Counted from the first letter of the stretch, positions 50,312-62,000 are shown. The stretch is 64,000 nucleotides of DNA from an uncultured SAR86 cluster bacterium (GCA_902605935.1 CACLEI010000002.1:2302-66301), one strand, 5' to 3'. The notes: generated by a model from the sequence alone, not told the origin. A program made the numbers and translations.

Positions 50312-52403
50312 AAAACCTTCTCGTTATTGACAACCTAGCATTCACTTCTTCACCTACCGATGCTTGGTGAGTACTGTGTGAGTGCGGGAAGTAAACTTCA
50401 TCTGTTATATTCTCAACATTCAATCTGATCGTCAGATCGTCAGAAACATCATAAAACGCTGCAAAATCAACCCTTGTATAATCAGGCAGGACTAATCCGG
50501 GTTTGTTATTGCTTATGTTTGATTCACCTTGTCTAGTAACACCTAAACCATAACCAAACTTATCGTTGACTTGATAAGTAGTCCAAAGAGACATTGTATT
50601 CTCAGGAATCTCTCTAGGCTCTCCTCCAGAACTAGTTTCGCCATCCATATCACTGTAACCAAATGACACATATAATTGGTCACTAACTTGTCCCTTAACT
50701 TCAAGCTCTATACCATCTACCTGAAGACCAACTATCTCCGCGCCTTCGCCAGATTCATCTCTTGTAGCTATAGTTTGTTCACTATCAAAATAGCTAGCTC
50801 TCAGGCTTAAATCAGGTGTAATATCCCAATTAACGCCGATTTCTGAGCTTTCGTAAACATCAGGATCAAGGGCCGCTGCACTTGCTGTAAGTTTCTTGTA
50901 TTGCTCACCAGACCTAGGTAAAAAGCTTTCGCTGTAACTGTAGTATAAAGAAACATTTTCTTGAGGTTTGAATATCACACCTGCTCTAGGAGAAAATTCA
51001 TCATCTTCTCTAGACTGAGAAGTTCCAGCTTTTACATCATCTACTGTGATATCAAACTGATCCAAACGACCTCCTAATAAAACCAACAAATTATCTGATA
51101 GTTCTATTTGATCCTGAAAATAAACTGAAGTTACTTCAATTTCTGATGCAGTTCTTCGGTTTAAGTCAGATGTGAAATCAAGAACTGTAGCAACGCCTGC
51201 AGAATTTGTTGATATATCCAAGGTTCCGCTCATGCTTGAAGGGATATTAAAAACTTCTCTATCTGTTCCAGTGGTAGAGAAATAAGAATCATATCTTTCG
51301 TTTTTATTGTCGGTATCAATAAGCTCTGCACCGAACAAAATGGTATGTGTTGTATTTCCTATTTGTAGTTCATTAACTAGATTGGCGGACACAATTAGAT
51401 TTTCACGTTCAGTAGGGTCCTTGTAACCATCAACTCTTACAGTATTGGCCGTGTTATCTGCAGCGTCATATCTCTGTGCATATAAGTTTTGATACAGTTT
51501 TTCAAACTCGCTTGAAGTAACTGAAAAAATACCTTTTGAGGTTTCAGAATAATCTGTTGTCATTGTAGCCCTGAAAATGTCAGCTTCAGCAGTTTGATAA
51601 TTGACAGCTGATGTACCAAAAACAACATCTTTTAAAGGCTCATAAGGCTTACCATTCAATGTAGGGATACCTCTGTCAATAAATCTTTCATGATCTACAT
51701 ACTCATAAGATAAATCTAGTGTTGTTGCTTCACTCATTTGAATTCTAAGCGTTGGATTGAAACCGGTACGATCTCCATCGTAAGAATCTCTGTGATTTTC
51801 TAATTGATCGCTGTGAATGTTTATACGAAGAGCAGTGTTATCTCCTGTCGTAGTATTGTAATCAGCTGCAAAATCAAAAGCCCCGAAGTCATCAGCGCCT
51901 ATATCAAATGATCCAAATGTTTCACCAATCTGTGCTTTCTTAGAAACACGATTGATTATTCCACCAGTTCCACCTCTTCCAAAAAGAAGTGCATTAGGCC
52001 CTCTGAGGACCTCTACTTGATCGACATTGTAAAGAGAACGATAGTATTGAACATCATCTCTTGCTCCATCTTGGTAAAAGTCTGCAGTAGATCTAACACC
52101 TCTGAAGACTACTGAATCTCTATGCCCTTCACCCTGTGAAGTGTTTACACCCGGAGTATAGCGAACTATGTCTCCTAACTCTCTGATACCTTGCTTACGT
52201 ATTTCTTCATCTGTAACGATAGATAAAGATTGAGGTACATTTATGATCGCTGTTGGTGTTTTAAGCGCTGTAACTTGATCTGAATAAAGTACTTTGCCCT
52301 TAACCACTATTTCTTCTACTGGTTCATCAGAATACAAATTGGTTGTAAGAACCAAAGTTATGAACATTAATGCCTTATATAAAGGTTTAATTATTTGCAT
52401 CAT
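50310..52403 (-). CDS. TonB-dependent siderophore receptor, Fiu/PiuA-like
   Basis: PQSLSIV, GEGHRD...RG, EVLRGPNALLFGRGGTGGIIN, C-terminal F; Fur boxes upstream. Confidence 0.92.
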   Translation of the reverse strand: MMQIIKPLYKALMFITLVLTTNLYSDEPVEEIVVKGKVLYSDQVTALKTPTAIINVPQSLSIVTDEEIRKQGIRELGDIVRYTPGVNTSQGEGHRDSVVFRGVRSTADFYQDGARDDVQYYRSLYNVDQVEVLRGPNALLFGRGGTGGIINRVSKKAQIGETFGSFDIGADDFGAFDFAADYNTTTGDNTALRINIHSDQLENHRDSYDGDRTGFNPTLRIQMSEATTLDLSYEYVDHERFIDRGIPTLNGKPYEPLKDVVFGTSAVNYQTAEADIFRATMTTDYSETSKGIFSVTSSEFEKLYQNLYAQRYDAADNTANTVRVDGYKDPTERENLIVSANLVNELQIGNTTHTILFGAELIDTDNKNERYDSYFSTTGTDREVFNIPSSMSGTLDISTNSAGVATVLDFTSDLNRRTASEIEVTSVYFQDQIELSDNLLVLLGGRLDQFDITVDDVKAGTSQSREDDEFSPRAGVIFKPQENVSLYYSYSESFLPRSGEQYKKLTASAAALDPDVYESSEIGVNWDITPDLSLRASYFDSEQTIATRDESGEGAEIVGLQVDGIELEVKGQVSDQLYVSFGYSDMDGETSSGGEPREIPENTMSLWTTYQVNDKFGYGLGVTRQGESNISNNKPGLVLPDYTRVDFAAFYDVSDDLTIRLNVENITDEVYFPHSHSTHQASVGEEVNARLSITRRF

Positions 52404-52443
52404 CTTTTTAACTCCCGTTGTGTTAAATAATTAATAAGAATCA

Positions 52444-52517
52444 AATGAGAATGAGAATGAGAATGATTATTATTAATCTTGGGCGGCATTATAGATGAGA
52501 ATGATTCTCATATGCAA
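52444..52517 (-). promoter_or_regulatory. Sigma70 promoter overlapped by Fur boxes
   Basis: -35 TTGCAT (52517-512) and -10 TATAAT (52493-488). The perfect palindrome ATGAGAAT-G-ATTCTCAT (52495-511) fills the spacer; (AATGAG)3-AATGATTATTATT array at 52444-474. Confidence 0.85.
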
Positions 52518-52586
52518 CAACTTAATGAAGTTTTTTTAAATAATGGGATTTTGTACTACAGCCTGAATGAAATGCTCATTTAAAAG

Positions 52587-53816
52587 CTATTCATCCAGTT
52601 CTTTATCCAAGTCAAAAGCATCATGCAATGCTGCTACTGCTTTGGTCATTTCTGATTTTTTAATTACTACTGAGATTTTTATTTCCGATGTTGTAATCAT
52701 TGAAATATTTATCTCACTTTTTGCTAGTGCCTGGAACATCTTGCTTGCAACACCTGCATGAGCCCTCATACCTCTTCCGACTATACTAATCTTTGCTATA
52801 TCATCATCTACATCTATTAAACCTCCACCTAGGGTAGTAGATGTTTTTTTGAGAATCTCCTCAGCCTGTTTTGTATCATCTTCATTCACGGTAAATGTAA
52901 AATCAGTGGTGTTATCAGCCCCAATATTCTGGACGATGACATCCACCTCGATACCTGCGTCGCTTATAGGACTTAAAATCTTTGCTGCAACACCTGGAAT
53001 ATCTGGCACGCCTCTGATAGTTAGCTTGGCCTCAGAGTCTATACTGCTTATTCCTGAAACAATTGGTCGTTCCATAATATTTTTCTCCTCTTGAACTAAT
53101 GTTCCTTCGCCTTCGTTAAAACTAGACAAAACCCTAATTGGTAAACTAAATTTACTAGCATATTCCACTGCTCTTAATTGTAAAACTTTTGCGCCAGAGC
53201 TTGATAATTCTAGCATTTCTTCAAAACTTACCTGCTTAAGAAGCCTTGCTTTATCATAAACTCTAGGATCTGTGGTGAAAATGCCATCTACATCTGTATA
53301 AATTTGGCATTCATCAGCATCCAAAGCTGCAGCAAGAGCAACCCCAGTAGTGTCAGACCCTCCCCTTCCAAGAGTTGTAATGTCGCCAGACTCATTCATT
53401 CCTTGAAAACCTGTAATTACTGGCACAACACCTTCATTTAATTCAGAAGTAATCTTACTTACTTCAACATCCAATATTCTTGCCCTACTATGGCTTGAAT
53501 TGGTTTTTATACCTAATTGGTATGCAGTGTAAGACTTACCTTTTATACCTCTTTTAAGAAGGGCCATTGCCAATAAAGCTACCGATATTTGCTCACCCGT
53601 AGATACAAGAGCATCATATTCTCGAAGATCGGGTTCAGGATTAATCTCTTTTGCTAATTTAATAAGATCATCGGTACTATCTCCCATTGCGGAAAGAACC
53701 ACGGTTACCCTATTTCCCGCGTGAATTTCAGATTCAATGTTATCTGCCACAGCTTCAATGCGTTCTGCATCAGCAACTGAGGTACCACCGAATTTTTTAA
53801 CGATTAATTTGCCCAT
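52587..53816 (-). CDS. lysC: Aspartate kinase
   Basis: KFGGTSV, TLGRGGSD, two ACT domains, TSEIKIS. Confidence 0.96.
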   Translation of the reverse strand: MGKLIVKKFGGTSVADAERIEAVADNIESEIHAGNRVTVVLSAMGDSTDDLIKLAKEINPEPDLREYDALVSTGEQISVALLAMALLKRGIKGKSYTAYQLGIKTNSSHSRARILDVEVSKITSELNEGVVPVITGFQGMNESGDITTLGRGGSDTTGVALAAALDADECQIYTDVDGIFTTDPRVYDKARLLKQVSFEEMLELSSSGAKVLQLRAVEYASKFSLPIRVLSSFNEGEGTLVQEEKNIMERPIVSGISSIDSEAKLTIRGVPDIPGVAAKILSPISDAGIEVDVIVQNIGADNTTDFTFTVNEDDTKQAEEILKKTSTTLGGGLIDVDDDIAKISIVGRGMRAHAGVASKMFQALAKSEINISMITTSEIKISVVIKKSEMTKAVAALHDAFDLDKELDE

Positions 53817-53837
53817 AAAAAAGGCGGGTATTCTATA

Positions 53838-56636
53838 TTATTGACTAGTTAATGAAACAATTAAGTCTGCAACTGAAGTTAAAGCTAAATCTAAATCATT
53901 AATATTCTCCACTCCACCTTGAGCAAAGTCTGGCCTTCCTCCTCCACTTCCACCTAATTGATTAATTAAATGTTTCATTATTTCTCTTGCATCTATATCT
54001 ACCTCTTTAGAACAAGCAACTATCGCAGGTGCTTTGTCTTCAGATACCGAAATCAATACAATTATAGAGTTCTCATTTTTGTTTCTGAGCCTGTCGGCAA
54101 TTTCCCTTAATTCTTTCGAGTCAGTATTTTCAAAAGTACTAGTAATGAGTTGATATCCCTCTACAAGCAAAGATGAATCAATTAGAGCCTGAATGGATGA
54201 CCCTATATCTTCCGATTGAATTTGCTTTGCGTCTCTTTTCAATGACTTATTTGTATTCATTAGATTTTCAATTGCCTCTATGCAGGTATCGAAGATCATA
54301 AATTCTAAAGGTCCTCTATTTAACTCTTTCAACAAGTCATTGTTGTCTTCTTTTATCTGAATAATCTTTTTTAAAACTTGATCATTTGAGCAATTGAGGA
54401 CTTTTGCAAAGGAAATATTTTCTTCTTCAAGAAAACGTAAGTAATCCAATGCTTCAACTCCATCTCTAGAATCAATATCTTCAACAAAAAGTTCATTAGT
54501 GATAGCAGAATAATTTTGCGAAAGCTCATCCAATAATAAATTAGCGCCAACGCCAGTTACTGCCTCTATTCTTCTCACACCAGCAGATACTCCTGATTCA
54601 GAAGTAATCTTTAGCATGCCTATTTCACCTGTTCTCTCAACGTGAGTTCCACCACAAAGCTCAATAGAAAAACCATTTCCAATATTGAGGACACGAACCT
54701 CTTCACCATATTTATCACCAAAAAAGGCAATGGCACCTTTTTCAATAGCTTCGCTAATAGGCAGAATCTCTGTGATTGATTCAGAATTCTTCTTTATCTC
54801 TGTATTAATTAAATCTTCAATAGCAAGAATATCTTCAGCATCAATAGAGCTATTGTGAGCAAAATCAAATCTCAACCTTGATTCTTCAACTAATGAGCCT
54901 TTTTGTTCCACATGGTCGCCCAACACATCTCTCAGAGCGGCATGAAGTAAATGGGTAGCACTATGATTGCCCTTTATCCTATTTCTTTGTTCAGAATTTA
55001 TCTCCGCAACCACTGAATCACTCTTTTTTATAGATCCTGATTTAACATGTCCTAAATGAAGAAAATGATCTCCTTTTTTTTGAGTGTCATACACTTCGAA
55101 AATAGAATTATTTGATTTTATGAGTCCTGTATCTCCAACTTGACCACCCGACTCAGCATAAAATGGTGTTTGATCAAGCAATATCAAAGCTTCCTCACCT
55201 TCATTAATTTCTTCTTGGGACGATGAGTTCGAAATTATTTCAATCACATTTGAAGTTGACGAATAAGACTCGTAACCTAAGAAATCTGTTTCACCTTTTA
55301 TATCCAGAGACTCAGGAATTATAGAGTTGAAATTAGAGGAAGATCTTGCACGTTCCTTTTGCTTTTGCATCAAGACTTCGTATGTATCTTCGTCTATAGT
55401 TAAGTTTCTTTCTCTAGCAAAATCCGCTGTCATATCAGCTGGAAAGCCATAGGTATCATAGAGTTTAAAGACAATTTCTCCTGAAATTTCATTACCTTCT
55501 AAATTCTCTAATTCTGACTCAAGAAGCTGCATACCTTGCTCTAGAGTAAGCGCAAATTGTTTCTCTTCTTTTAAGAGATTAGCTTTTATAATCTCTGAAT
55601 TCTTTATTAACAGAGGATATGTTTCTCCCATTTGATCTTCAAGAGTAGTAACAAGTTGAGAAAGGATGGGATCTTTCATTTCAAGTTTATAAGCATGTCT
55701 TAGAGCACGTCGGATGATCCTTCGTAATACATAACCTCTTCCATCATTTGAAGGAATCACACCATCGGCGATCAAAAATGAAGCTGCTCTAAGATGATCA
55801 GCTATTACTCTTAGGGAAGGATTTGAAAAATCCTCTTCTTTTGTTAGCTCTCCTGCCTTAACAACAATGGCCTTTAGTATGTCCGTATCATAATTATTAT
55901 GTTCATTTTGTAATACAGCTGCCATCCTTTCCAAGCCCATGCCCGTATCGACGCATGGATTCGGTAATGGCTTCAAAGATCCATCTTGACCTTTATCAAA
56001 TTGAGTAAAAACAAGGTTCCAAACTTCTATATATCGGTCTCCTGGTTCATTTCCTGGTCTTGGAGGATCGCCTTCAAGATGATCGCCATGATCATAAAAT
56101 ATTTCACTGCATGGTCCACAAGGTCCTGTATCTCCCATTGTCCAAAAATTGTCTTCATCACCGAGTCTTGAAACTCTTTCAGGATCAATACCTATCTTTT
56201 TGATCCAAATTTCTTCAGACTCATCATCACTATCATGGACGGTTATCCAAAGTTTTTTTGGGTCTATTTTGTATCTTTTAGTTAAAAGTTCCCATGCAAA
56301 AGAAATTGCATCTTCTTTGAAGTAATCACCAAAACTAAAATTGCCGAGCATTTCGAAAAAGGTATGGTGTCTGGCGGTATAACCGACATTATCAAGATCA
56401 TTATGCTTTCCACCTGCCCGCATACACCTTTGTGAACTGACCGCTCTTGTATAATTTCTTTTTTCAACTCCTAATAAAAGATCTTTAAAAGGTGCCATTC
56501 CAGCATTGATGAATAACAAGGTAGGGTCATTCAAGGGAACCAAAGAAGCACTCTCGACTAGTGTGTGACCTTTCTCTTCAAAAAAGTCTAAATAAATCTT
56601 TCTTACTTCATTCGTTGTAAGAGGAGAAGTTGCCAT
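53838..56636 (-). CDS. alaS: Alanine-tRNA ligase with an enlarged C-terminal linker
   Basis: HHTFFEMLGNFSFGDYFK, DTGMGLER, HSATHLLH, ELCGGTH, GGGRPDFAQGG. Confidence 0.97.
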   Translation of the reverse strand: MATSPLTTNEVRKIYLDFFEEKGHTLVESASLVPLNDPTLLFINAGMAPFKDLLLGVEKRNYTRAVSSQRCMRAGGKHNDLDNVGYTARHHTFFEMLGNFSFGDYFKEDAISFAWELLTKRYKIDPKKLWITVHDSDDESEEIWIKKIGIDPERVSRLGDEDNFWTMGDTGPCGPCSEIFYDHGDHLEGDPPRPGNEPGDRYIEVWNLVFTQFDKGQDGSLKPLPNPCVDTGMGLERMAAVLQNEHNNYDTDILKAIVVKAGELTKEEDFSNPSLRVIADHLRAASFLIADGVIPSNDGRGYVLRRIIRRALRHAYKLEMKDPILSQLVTTLEDQMGETYPLLIKNSEIIKANLLKEEKQFALTLEQGMQLLESELENLEGNEISGEIVFKLYDTYGFPADMTADFARERNLTIDEDTYEVLMQKQKERARSSSNFNSIIPESLDIKGETDFLGYESYSSTSNVIEIISNSSSQEEINEGEEALILLDQTPFYAESGGQVGDTGLIKSNNSIFEVYDTQKKGDHFLHLGHVKSGSIKKSDSVVAEINSEQRNRIKGNHSATHLLHAALRDVLGDHVEQKGSLVEESRLRFDFAHNSSIDAEDILAIEDLINTEIKKNSESITEILPISEAIEKGAIAFFGDKYGEEVRVLNIGNGFSIELCGGTHVERTGEIGMLKITSESGVSAGVRRIEAVTGVGANLLLDELSQNYSAITNELFVEDIDSRDGVEALDYLRFLEEENISFAKVLNCSNDQVLKKIIQIKEDNNDLLKELNRGPLEFMIFDTCIEAIENLMNTNKSLKRDAKQIQSEDIGSSIQALIDSSLLVEGYQLITSTFENTDSKELREIADRLRNKNENSIIVLISVSEDKAPAIVACSKEVDIDAREIMKHLINQLGGSGGGRPDFAQGGVENINDLDLALTSVADLIVSLTSQ

Positions 56637-57337
56637 TAGAATATTTCTGAAAAAAAGTTCATCATTGATTGCCAAGATCTTTTATCAGCATTTTGATTAT
56701 ATTGAACACCAAAATCTAAATCATCAGCATCTGGATTAGTGAAAGCATGATATGCATTACCATAACTATGTAATTGCCAGTCAGCTCCAGCTTCGGTCAT
56801 CTCTTTTTGGAATTCATCCACCATTGCTAAAGGAACCATTGGATCCCTTTCACCATGTAAAACGAGAATCTTTGCATTTATACCATCGCTAGAGATTTCT
56901 GATCCCATCAAAAGACCATGAAAGCTAACAACACCGTTCAATTCTGTTCCGGACCTGGCTAAATCAAGAACTACTAGACCACCAAAACAATAACCTATTG
57001 CAGCAATCTTGGTAGAGTCAACACCTTCAAGCTCTTTTCCTGCATTTAAAGCAGCATTTATAACGGATTTAAGCTTTTCTCTATCTTCCACAAGTGGAGT
57101 CATCAAAGATTGATTTTCTTCAGTAGAAGAGCCAACCCTGCCATCGCCATACATATCTACTGCCATTGCAATAAATCCTTCCTCGGCAAGCTCTCGTGCC
57201 TTAAGTTCGACAAAATCATCTTTTCCAGCCCAAGTGTGTGCTATTAAAATTAAAGGTGCTTTATCTAGCTCAGGATGCGCAACATAAGCATTGAATTTTT
57301 GATCGCCTAAGCTGTAATTAATTTCTTGTGTTTTCAT
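56636..57337 (-). CDS. Dienelactone hydrolase family protein
   Basis: GYCFGG, SFHG, HAFTNP. Confidence 0.92.
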   Translation of the reverse strand: MKTQEINYSLGDQKFNAYVAHPELDKAPLILIAHTWAGKDDFVELKARELAEEGFIAMAVDMYGDGRVGSSTEENQSLMTPLVEDREKLKSVINAALNAGKELEGVDSTKIAAIGYCFGGLVVLDLARSGTELNGVVSFHGLLMGSEISSDGINAKILVLHGERDPMVPLAMVDEFQKEMTEAGADWQLHSYGNAYHAFTNPDADDLDFGVQYNQNADKRSWQSMMNFFSEIF

Positions 57338-57338
57338 A

Positions 57339-57863
57339 TCATTTACCTAAGGATTGAAGTTCAGATTTAAATCTTTTTGAGTTTTGTACATAATGCTTTG
57401 CGGATAAAATCAAGCCTTGTTGCTGATCTTCGTTAAGCTCACCTTTTACTTTTCCAGGAGATCCCATCACCAGAGAACCATCGGGTATTTCTGTCCCCTC
57501 GGTAATTAAAGAATTTGCTCCGATTAAGCAACCTCTTCCAATTTTTGCCCCGTTTAAAATTACTGAGTTTATTCCAATTAGACTACCGTCACCTATGGTG
57601 CAGCCATGCAACATGACTTTATGACCAACTGTTACATCTTTTCCTATATTAAGAGGAAATCCCATATCTGTATGCAAAACGGAACATTCTTGCACATTTG
57701 ATCCTTCACCTATTGTAATGAGTTCTGTATCACCTCTCAAAACAGCACCAAACCAAACGCTTGAATCGTTACATAATCTAACCTTACCTAAAACAGTTGC
57801 AGACTCGGCAACATAAAAATTGCCATCAATAACTGGTTCATGTTCTCCAAGTCTATAAAGCAT
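57339..57863 (-). CDS. Gamma carbonic anhydrase family protein
   Basis: [26 protein letters not shown] hexapeptide repeats. Confidence 0.92.
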   Translation of the reverse strand: MLYRLGEHEPVIDGNFYVAESATVLGKVRLCNDSSVWFGAVLRGDTELITIGEGSNVQECSVLHTDMGFPLNIGKDVTVGHKVMLHGCTIGDGSLIGINSVILNGAKIGRGCLIGANSLITEGTEIPDGSLVMGSPGKVKGELNEDQQQGLILSAKHYVQNSKRFKSELQSLGK

Positions 57864-57877
57864 AATTTTTTCCTCTT

Positions 57878-58456
57878 CTAATTGCCTTTTGTTTTTAAAT
57901 CTATATTTGCGTCTAAAGCTACATTCAAAAAATCGACAGTCATCATGGCTGTAAGGCCCCATATTATATAAGAGTCATACTCATAGGCGGGCATAAAAAA
58001 TTTATCACCATCTCTATTAATTTCGTCATTTCGATGTCTCTTGTCTTCTAAAAGGAACTTAACAGGAACTCTAAAACAAGCTTCTATTTCGTCAGAACTA
58101 TCGTTTAATACAACATCCTCAGGGACTAAGCCTACATAAGGCGTAACGCTGATATTAAATCTTGAAACTACGGTGTCGATGGGTCCAATCACATTAACTT
58201 TTGTTCTATCCAGTCCTGTTTCTTCCTCAGTTTCTCTAAGGGCTGTATTTTCTAAATCAACATCTTCCTTTTCATACATGCCCCCAGGGAAAGAAACCTC
58301 TCCTCCATGTGTCCCAACTTTATTAGAGCGTAAGGTATAAATGAGCTCTGGCTCATCAGATTCTGTGACAGCTATTAGTACTGCCGCTTTTCTTAACTCA
58401 GCTACAGGCGGTTTTCCAGAGTAGGTTTGTATTTTGTTCGAAATTTTATCTAACAT
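57878..58456 (-). CDS. CoA pyrophosphatase (NudL-like Nudix)
   Basis: [30 protein letters not shown]. Confidence 0.9.
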   Translation of the reverse strand: MLDKISNKIQTYSGKPPVAELRKAAVLIAVTESDEPELIYTLRSNKVGTHGGEVSFPGGMYEKEDVDLENTALRETEEETGLDRTKVNVIGPIDTVVSRFNISVTPYVGLVPEDVVLNDSSDEIEACFRVPVKFLLEDKRHRNDEINRDGDKFFMPAYEYDSYIIWGLTAMMTVDFLNVALDANIDLKTKGN

Positions 58457-58526
58457 CAATAAATGTAATATCTCATTGAAGATAGTTTATACTTCTGGCG
58501 CCTTAAATCGAAATAAAATAAGTAAA

Positions 58527-59063
58527 ATGAAATACTGCAGCGTGTGTGGTTCTCTGACGGTCAGAAAGATACCTGAGGGTGACAATAGGGAAAGAGACTG
58601 TTGTGAAAACTGCGGCACCATACACTATACAAATCCTAAAATTATTGTCGGAACTATTCCCTATAAAGACTCTGCGGTTTTATTATGTAAAAGAGGCATT
58701 GAGCCTAGATATGGAAAGTGGACTTTACCTGGTGGCTTCTTAGAAAATGGAGAAACTGTTTCTCAAGGAGCTTTTAGAGAAACTTTTGAAGAAACAAATA
58801 CAGAAGTCGAAATGGGCGAGCTGTATGCCATCTACAATGTTCCTCAAATCAATCAAGTTTATATGCTTCACTTGGCAAGGGTCATTTCAGATGATTTTTC
58901 ACCAACTTCGGAAAGTTTGGAAGTAGAGTTCTTTAAAGAAGACAAGATACCATGGGATGAACTAGCTTTTCCTTTTGTTCCAATGACTCTTAAAAACTTC
59001 TTTTCTGATCATAGGGTTGGTGTATACCCTCTAACTACTCAAACAATTGAAAGAAAAAAATAA
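58527..59063 (+). CDS. Zinc-ribbon Nudix hydrolase
   Basis: MKYCSVCG...CENCGTIHYTNP, LPGGFLENGET...RETFEE. Confidence 0.9.
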   Translation: MKYCSVCGSLTVRKIPEGDNRERDCCENCGTIHYTNPKIIVGTIPYKDSAVLLCKRGIEPRYGKWTLPGGFLENGETVSQGAFRETFEETNTEVEMGELYAIYNVPQINQVYMLHLARVISDDFSPTSESLEVEFFKEDKIPWDELAFPFVPMTLKNFFSDHRVGVYPLTTQTIERKK

Positions 59064-59065
59064 TC

Positions 59066-62000
59066 TCAGTTAATAAACTCTCTTGCATTATTAAAGAATT
59101 TGATCCAGGGACTGTAATGAGTCCATTCATCAGGACTCCAAGAATATTGATCTTTTAGAAATGCTCTTTCGGGATGGGGCATCATAATAGTGACCGTTCC
59201 ACTGATATTAGTTACACCAGCGATACCATTTAAAGACCCGTTAGGATTCGCGGGATAATCTTCAGTAAAGCTCCCTTTATCATCTGAATATGTAATCGTC
59301 GTGTGATGATTGTTATTTAATTCAGAAATATCATTGACAGATGCATCTACCCGGCCTTCTCCATGAGCCACTGGAACTGTGATAATCGAATCTCCCATAT
59401 CTTTAAAGAAAATTGAAGGTGATTCTTTTACAGAAACTTGCACTAGTCTCGCTTCAAATTTCTCTGACTTGTTTCTCTTAAAATCCGGCCAATTAGTCGC
59501 TCCCGGTATTAAAGATTTTAATAAGGACAATGTCTGACATCCGTTACATACTCCCAGTGAAAATACGTTTTCGTTATGAAAAAAGTCTCCAAATTGTTTC
59601 CTTAAGTCTTCGTTAAAGAGAATACTATTTGCCCAACCACCCCCTGCACCTAAGACATCACCATATGAAAATCCTCCACAAGCAACTAAACCTTCAAATT
59701 CAGCTAGGGTGTGTCTAGCTGAAATCAGATCAGTCATATGTACATCAATGCAGTCAAAACCAACTTCATTAAAAGCTGCAGCCATCTCGTTTTGACCATT
59801 AACTCCTTGTTCTCTTAGTATGGCAACTCTCGGTCTACTACTATTTAATTGTATTTTTTTAGGTATTGAAAAGTTTATTTTCGGTCTCAATCCTGAATTA
59901 TTTATATCAGTGTCGTTTCTAAACTCCGCCTCTGCTGTGACAGGGTTATCTCTTAGAGACTGAATTTCAAAACCTACTTTATGCCAGTTCTCTAGTAAAG
60001 CTTTAAGAGGAAAAGACAATATTTTTTTGTCTCTATAGCTAAAATTAATTTCTTTTTCTGCAGAAATGCAGCCTAGGTTATGAGAATGATCTTTGAGACC
60101 CGATTCATCAAGCAGATTATGAACACAATCTAGATCATTAGTATTAACCTGTATTACTACTCCTAATTCTTCATTAAAGAGAAAATCTATTAATTTCTTA
60201 TTATCCTCCAAAACGGTATCTAAATTAATCTCTAAGCCCAATCTGCTTGCAAATGACATCTCGATTAAAGTGGTTATTAGTCCTCCATCTGATCGGTCAT
60301 GGTAAGCCAATATCTTTTTATCAGTTAAAAGCTTGTGAATAGCTTCAACAAAGTTCGGCATTTCTTCCAGGCATTCTACATCTGGCGCCTCACCTCCTAT
60401 CTGTTTATTAACTTGAGCTAAAATGCTACCTCCCATTCTTTTTTTACCCTTTGCTAGGTCTATAAAAATTAAGGAAGTATCTTCATTTGCTTTTAATTGA
60501 GGGGTTGTCGCAATTCTGATGTCCTCAACAGGCGCAAAACCAGACACTATTAATGATAAAGGAGATATTACCGACTTATCATTTTTTCCTTCAGACCATT
60601 CTGTGGACATTGATAAGGAATCCTTTCCAACAGGAATAGTTATATTCCAATTAGGACACAGATCCATTCCAATAGCTTCTACCGCCTCAAATAGGTCTTT
60701 ATTTCCATCTAATTTTCCAGGTGAGCCCATCCAATTAGCAGAAAGTTTTATATCTGAAAGCTTAGCGATACCAGAAGGAATTATATTTGTGATGACCTCA
60801 GCTACAGAAATTTTTGCAGCCGACTTAGAGCTTATCAACGATAATGGGGTTCGCTCACCTATCGCCATAGCCTCACCAGACTTGCCTGCAAAACTAGTCT
60901 TACATAAGCCATAATCTGCAACTGGAACCTGCCAAGGGCCCACAAACTGATCTCTAGCGATTAAACCTGTAACGGATCTATCTCCAATGGTGATTAAAAA
61001 ACCTTTGCTTGCGACAGTTGGATGTCTTAGTACTTCGCTAAGCAAATCCTCTGTAATTTCTTCTGGTAAATTTAATGTGGAACTATTTTTACTTGAACTA
61101 TGAAAAGATAAATGAGTTTTGGGAGGCTTTCCGAAAAGAGTCTCTAAGGAAATACTTATAGGATAATTATCAAAATGGGAATCATAGACTTCAAGATTAT
61201 TACCATTTGTAATCTCACCGACGACAGAATAGGGACATCTCTCTCTTAAACAAATGAAAGAGAATCTTTCTAAATCATCTTGATCAATTGCTAATACATA
61301 TCTCTCTTGAGATTCATTGCACCATATTTCCATCGGACTCATTCCTGGCTCTGAGTTTGGGATATCACGCAGATTTATTAGACCACCATGTCCACTATCT
61401 TTTACAAGTTCAGGGATTGCATTAGAAAGACCTCCTGCGCCTACATCATGAATAAATAATATTGGGTTATTTTCATCCTGCCAGCATCTATCGAGCACCT
61501 CCTGACATCTTCTTTCCATCTCAGGATTTTCTCTTTGAACTGAAGCAAAGTCTAAATCTGTATCACCTTCTCCTGAAGATAAAGACGATGCAGAACCTCC
61601 ACCTAATCCAATTAGCATTGCAGGGCCTCCAAGGACAACTAATTTCGAACCTACTGGAACTTTCTTCTTAAATGCATGTTCTTTTTTTATATTGCCTAAT
61701 CCACCTGCCAGCATTATCGGTTTGTGATATCCAAAATGGTTATCGCTAGTTTTAGCTTCGTAAGTTCTAAAGTATCCAAGGATATTTGGTCTTCCAAATT
61801 CATTATTAAATGAGGCTGCTCCAATAGGTGCATCAATCATTATCTCTAGAGGTGAAGCTATTCTGTCTGGTTTATCTTCATCTATTTCCCATCTCTCTTT
61901 TAAGCTTGGTAAACGCAAGTTAGAAACGGTAAATCCTGTTAAGCCTGCCTTAGGTTTTGCCCCAATTCCTGTTGCACCCTCATCCCTAATTTCACCCCCA

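Noticed and set aside
52444-52474. (AATGAG)n as a plain microsatellite
   Set aside because: Better explained as a Fur hexamer array, given the adjacent palindrome and the receptor gene.
56637-58526. Long N-terminal extensions in the ORF track for alaS, gamma-CA and Nudix (also zipA, ccmB, ccmG, ccmH)
   Set aside because: They overlap neighbouring genes; downstream ATGs match the family N-termini and were used instead.
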